Under the pieces are notes generated by a model, which was not told the DNA's origin, did no database searches, and worked only from the letters and a program-made list of their open reading frames with translations. Source: Klebsormidium nitens (taxonomy: Eukaryota; Plantae; Klebsormidiophyceae). Taken from it: 64,000 nt of DNA. A program made the position numbers and the translations under genes. The stretch is taken from assembly GCA_000708835.1 (NCBI GenBank), contig DF237357.1:1-64000 (forward strand), given 5' to 3'. This document shows positions 59,501 to 64,000 of the stretch, piece by piece; position 1 is the stretch's first letter; the number at the start of each line of letters is the position of its first letter.

Positions 59501-62500
59501 TCTGATTGGGCTTTAGGTTCACGTTCATCTTAGTACTCGCACTGATTGCTATTTTGTGAGCTCGCCTCTTAGGCAATTCACATTTTAGGATCAACCATGA
59601 TTGCTCCAAGTTCGTCAGATTCTCCACCAAAGAACTTTTCGTCATAACAGTGCTCGAATGTTTCTTCACACTTGAGCAAACTGTCATCATACTACCGTTT
59701 CTGAGTGCCGGTAACGCAAATCAACCCCAAGGTCAACTGCGGGTTAATGCTATGGCCGTCAATTCGCTCGACATTGTGTCCGACCGCGCCACCGTAACAC
59801 TCGTTAAGGAACTTACCCTCTTGTAGCACCCGGCAATTCCCGAAATTTAAGCTCCGCATATCCTCACCAAGAGTCTTCTGAAAACGTTTTTCAGCAGAAA
59901 CGAGGCTGTTGAATCCACCAAAATAAGAACCTGAGTTAACCTTCCTATGCAGGTTAACGCGGTCGCCGTCAACCTGCTCGAGTTTGTCTCTGACTATGGC
60001 AACTCCTCCGCTCCAGTCCCCGCCGCAGTGGTCTGCTGCGTTCCCAAAATCATCAGCGGCGACGCGGGCTCCCCCGACGAGCCCTTCTTCATCACCCCTG
60101 AAGAAATCAAGGACACCATTGTTAGGTACGGATCCGGTGCTAGCCATTCCGGTATTGGTTTCAGTTCCGGCCCTTGTCGTTCAGAGCCGGCCACTTGTTG
60201 GAGAAACTGCAGGGCAAGTGAACGGAGTTTGCAAGTGGTTTTCTTCCTTAAACAAGCTCTTAATCGCCACAAAATTCCAGGATAGCTCCCAATGAGACTT
60301 TTTTATCCGTGGCCTTCTGAAGTCGGTCGGATAATCAACCTTTTCGACATCCAACTTTGACTGCCGCTTCACTATTATGCTTGCATTGATGATTGAGCAC
60401 TTGCCCGTACGCGTATTCAAGTTCCGCAACCCTTCGTTCATTGCAGCGGGTTAGCGGAACCCATCGAGGGGGAACCCGATCTGGACGTGCCTAAGAGCCT
60501 GATCCCAATAGATGAGTTGGAAGAGAAGATCAGGACACGGCAGCCAGCGTTTGTGAAACTGGAAGGAGCGGAAAAGGAGGGGCTTACAGCGTACAGGACA
60601 TACGACGAGGGGACGGGGGTCGTGCAGCGGCGGCTATCGAATGGGATTCGGATCAATTATAAGGTGAGGAAACATAAGGGGAAAAGGTTGGTTACGTAGA
60701 TGTTAGAGCGTCTTCGCTGGTAGTGTGAATATTTCAACGACGCTATTTTCATCTTCTAGCTGTCTCTAGATGGCGATGATTCGATTGAACACGAAAAGAT
60801 CTTCCAACCAGAATGCGATTGACTGACTGACTGCTTCGTAAAACCCTAACGCCGCTTCTCGGCAAAGCTGAAGTTCGATTATCCCCATCATGTTCCGCCT
60901 TTCTACGCGGATCATTTGCTATCCATTCTGAGTCTATCCATTCTGAGTTCGGTGCTTGACGACGAGGAAGACAATCACTGGCGAAAGTTGCGTCAAGCCT
61001 CTCAGAACTGGAAAAAGCTGGCATATCAAAAACGCGCGTTTAGACTACGAAGGAGTGAGAGCCCCATCTTAATACGATTGCCGTGCTCCTGTCCGCAGAT
61101 GACACAGAACGAGGCACGGGGAGGAGTGATGCGATTGGTCGCGCCAGGCGGCCGTGCTAGGGAGACGCAGAACGCGAGCGCGGCAGTAGCCATTGGAACG
61201 AGGACGCTCTCCGAGGCGGGCTCCGTGGGGAAATGGTCCAGAGAACAGGTGCGGGAATTGCTCGGGACTTTTTGCTCGGGACTTTTTCCTCGTTTGTCAA
61301 AATCGTTTCGTCTCTACATGAAAATGTTAGGGTTGCATCCGACTTTTGCAGTCGGTTTTCAGGTGGAAGGCCCAAGTTTGCATACTTCAGGGCCCTGAGA
61401 TACATAGCGAAACGGAAAAGAAGCGGAGGCAGATGATCTGTTCCGTCTGTGTTAGATAGGTTGCCCACGCACACCAGTCTTCAACTGAAGGTTGTCCCGA
61501 TACACATATCTCAAGGTAGGATACGACTTTCCAGTCAGTTTTTGCGAAGAAGGGCCAAGCTTGCAAACTCAGCGTTTTACGAGATATCAACGACGAAGTG
61601 GAGCCGAGACACTTGGACCACCTCGGCCGACTTCGGAATGTGTTTATTAAAGAAAACAACTCCACTTACGCACGAGGTCGAAGTGGGTTAAGCTTGGGAC
61701 GTGCAAACTCCGGCTTTCAAGGCCTCAAAGCAAAGGGAGAATACAGATTGTAAGGCCGAGCCAGACAGAATGTTTGGCAGTCATTATCAGAATAATGCCA
61801 AGCCCGAGGCGTCTCCCAATTGAGGCAACATAAAAGGTTAAAACCAAGTAAACGACCGGAACAAACAGTCGAATCAAGACACGTCCTAACATGAAACTTT
61901 GAATTTGTTTCAGGTTGAGCTGTTTTGCGTGGGCAACCTGATCAACTGCATCCTGGAGACCGACGAAGAGTTCATCTGCCTCGACTTCCACTTCGTGATG
62001 CGCGACAACGGCATGGAGGCCGCGTTCCAGCTGATGCACATGGTTCTCGAGGAGCCGGTGTGGCGGGACGACGCGCTCGACCGCGCCAAGCAAATGTACC
62101 TTTCGTACTACCGGTCCATGCCCAAGGTACGAACCGCTCTTCTTAGTAATCTCGAGGATTTTGTTAGATTTCTTGCTGCCGCTTTTTCCGTCTCGTGGCC
62201 ACTGCCGAAAATGGTAATGCTTGATTCTGCCAAGCAGATATTTCTGTCGTGTTACCACTGCATGCCCAGAATACGAACCGCTCTTTACGTTCTGGATTCA
62301 TCCGATATGAATTTAGGTTTTTAAGAAGCGTAGCCTAGAGGTACCTTCGCTAGTTTTTCGGAACCTTGACACATTACTGCTGGGTGCGAGCCGCTCTTCA
62401 CTTTTTTGGAAGCCACTTTTCGTTTTTTGCGTCTCATAGCCCAGACTTTTCTCTGCGAGTGTTTCAGAAAAGTGAAGAACAGCCGCTCCATGCCCAAGGC

Positions 62501-63923
62501 ATGAGACGTCCGTCATAAATTGAGCTTTGCCCATGTTTCTTGCTGCCTTTGTCTCGGACTGTTGCTCGACGCCCGAAGCTGATAAAGCTTTGCTTAAGTT
62601 TCTTGCTGTCATTCTTGAACGACCTGTATTTTTCCGTACAATTTTCGTACAGCGCTCGCCGATTCTTGGATTTGATCTGCGTATTGTGATCGCTTCAGCG
62701 CTTGTTCGTTTATCCTGCCCGATGTACTTCCGTATCGTTGCAATCATTGTCCTTCCCGACAACCTTTTCCTCTGACGAGCTGAGTTCACGTTGACCACGA
62801 CTAGAGCGTCGTTATTTTAGACGTCTTCACATCACTGTCTACGAAAGCATTCCTTGATTCAACAGCTTGATATAACGTTCCGGAATCGATGATTGACCGT
62901 TCTGCATCCTTCTTTTGCCAGTCCTTGGAAAGGGCGACGGCGCACACTCTGATGAAGAGCATGTTCAAGGGGGACGCGCGCTTCATGGAGCCGACGCCGG
63001 ACGCAATCGCCAAGCTGGACCTAGAAACCGTCAGCAAGGCCGTGTTCGACCAGCTCAAGACCGGGGATATGGAGGTGAGCGATCAGAGCGCATGAGATTA
63101 TAAGCTCAGAAAGTGATTGTTTTGGCACAGATAGTTGCGGGCTTGCAATAGTGCGGTTAGAGCAGTGTACCAGCGAGGTTTTAACAGTAGGTGTTCTCCG
63201 GTCAGCAAGGCAGCCTTCAACCAGCTGAGACGGATGGCTGCTTCGAAACTGCGCGAACGACTCAAAACTCGTTTTCGACTTTACCTCGTGGTTAGTGAAG
63301 GGCGTTCCTCACCGAACCCTTGGGCGAAGACCTCGTGAAAAAGTTTTTCTATGCTTTTTCGTGGAACTTCCTGGTGCTTTCAACTCGAAATTACAAAGAG
63401 ACCCTTTCAGATCTCATATTGTAGAGAGTTTTAACTCGACCCGCACAGTGGAAAAGGGCAGGCGGTTGACACCTTTGCGACTGGGAGACGCGTCCTCTTT
63501 TCAGATGAGGGGAACTGGGGTCTAGGGTCTGCTTAAATCCTGTCTCAAGTCCAAGCCGACTAAGAAAATAGCAGAACGGCTTGAAAGAGGAGCTGCCGTG
63601 CTGCCAAGTCCCTGTCCTCCGGGCAGCCACTCCTTCTCGGTCGGTTGTTGCACGATCTTGCCAATCATGGACTGCTCGTCAGCAACTTGGGGTCTAACAT
63701 CGGACTGAAACACCAAAAGACAGTTGCCCTGATAGTCTTACCGCTTTCTCCCTTTCAGGTGTCGGTTGTAGGTGACTTCACGGAGGAGGAACTAGAGCGG
63801 TGTCTGCTGACGTATTTGGGCACGCTTCCGGCCAAGCCGGCAACGACGCCTGAGGAGCTTAAGACGCTGGAGGTTCCGTTCCAAGTCGTAACATCCTTCG
63901 ATGCGTCACGGCGGAATCAAAAG
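53525..63923 (+). CDS. SPP: Chloroplast stromal processing peptidase (M16 metallopeptidase), 3'-partial; 14 exons in the window, about 1062 codons
   Basis: join(53525..54028,54770..54897,55083..55329,55844..55951,56635..57300,58036..58137,58343..58477,58683..58907,59953..60125,60447..60663,61099..61248,61914..62126,62922..63074,63759..63923,...). Inverted zinc motif HLIEH in EQGVAHLIEHVTFLGSKKRE. Other SPP-typical stretches: GARSNAYTDFHHTVFH, EKERKAVLSELQMMNTIDYRVDCQLLQHLHSENKLGCRFPIGLEEQI, RPPVEHQW, MDHSDSGREGC, LSNGIRINYK. Transit-peptide-like exon 1; start codon less certain. Confidence 0.93.
59015..59462 (+). repeat. About 4 intronic copies of the SPP exon 8 3' end plus donor
   Basis: GTGACGCTGGAAGAC|GTGAG at 58905 (real) recurs at 59043, 59180, about 59306 (degenerate) and 59452. 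Confidence 0.85.
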
Positions 63924-64000
63924 GTGAGGGGCGACGCCATTTTCTTGAAAAGTCCTTCTTTCTGGACTTTTTTGGAAGTTATTAGGAGCATGACGAGTAC

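Overview
Eukaryotic, intron-rich nuclear DNA. The plant-type gene set and splice style suggest a streptophyte green alga such as Klebsormidium, which is an inference and not a database match. By hand-splicing at GT(GC)-AG sites with consistent codon phases I reconstructed seven protein-coding genes: a two-RRM cpRNP-like protein (-), BUD23/WBSCR22 18S rRNA m7G methyltransferase (+), a secreted PhoD alkaline phosphatase (-) head-to-head with a secreted PAP14/28/29-type (Dcr2-like) metallophosphoesterase (+), a GT61 glycosyltransferase (-), an AHK1/CKI1-like hybrid histidine kinase (-), and stromal processing peptidase (+, runs off the window). I found no rRNA, tRNA, CRISPR array or autonomous transposon. 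The most striking unexplained structure is a pervasive set of 'exon echoes': roughly 30 decayed tandem copies of exon ends, usually with their splice site, stacked in the adjacent intron at about 110-190 bp spacing (often 130-140 bp) in five of the seven genes. Also notable: a small inverted-repeat element family with a G-quadruplex-like core (one copy has 43-bp TIRs and a 9-bp TSD), a GC-AG intron, telo-boxes in a bidirectional promoter, a P1BS-like site between the two phosphatases, and an orphan ORF with an eIF4E-binding-like motif. Coordinates were counted manually and may be off by a few bases.
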